DNA of 64,000 nucleotides from an uncultured Holophagales bacterium (GTDB lineage Bacteria; Acidobacteriota; Thermoanaerobaculia; Multivoradales; UBA5704): NCBI GenBank assembly GCA_963842525.1, contig CAWJGT010000003.1, positions 1,856,001 to 1,920,000 of the forward strand, read 5' to 3'. Shown piece by piece: positions 62,347 to 64,000 of this stretch (position 1 is its first letter; each line of letters starts with the position of its first letter). The notes under the pieces were generated by a model. It saw only the letters and a program-made list of their open reading frames with translations, ran no database searches and was not told where the DNA came from. The position numbers and the translations under genes were made by a program.

Positions 62347-62431
62347 GTCTCGACCCTCCGCAGTTCATTATAACGGGTATTAGAACGGGAAGGCCATGCC
62401 CTTCCGCCGCGTTTACGTTAGAATGCCGGCC

Positions 62432-64000
<1,569 letters not shown>

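Overview
High-GC bacterial chromosome window. The gene mix (spoVG-tRNA-Gln-prs-rplY-pth-rpsF-rpsR-rplI, MshEN protein, Ser/Thr kinase plus sigma54 activator, abundant REP elements) suggests Acidobacteriota or a myxobacteria-like lineage; this is inference. The first ~21.5 kb is an island bounded by degenerate direct repeats (211-379/21268-21436 and 745-820/21461-21535) with no integrase inside it. It carries an ECF sigma/ZAS anti-sigma pair and a complete minus-strand extracellular contractile injection system (eCIS, Afp/PVC-like): AAA+ ATPase, a 796-aa candidate cargo with a C-terminal PD-(D/E)xK nuclease, cap, two sheaths, two tubes, chaperones, LysM initiator, split VgrG, PAAR, gp25, baseplates and fibre. 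A bipartite ECF-type promoter motif (TGAAAC-N15/16-GCATCS) occurs four times upstream of eCIS genes, and one eCIS gene is largely built from in-frame REP elements. The rest is mostly housekeeping (psd, pssA, tsaB, mutS, nagZ, ssb, dtd, HU, prs, ribosomal proteins, PBP1A, uvrB). Interspersed are four TA modules (one broken), two strictly 21-nt-periodic palindromic arrays, a sigma54 promoter/DP-EP-like gene/kinase/activator module, and a decayed APAF1-like WD40 gene. All calls come from reading the sequence by eye; no searches were run.
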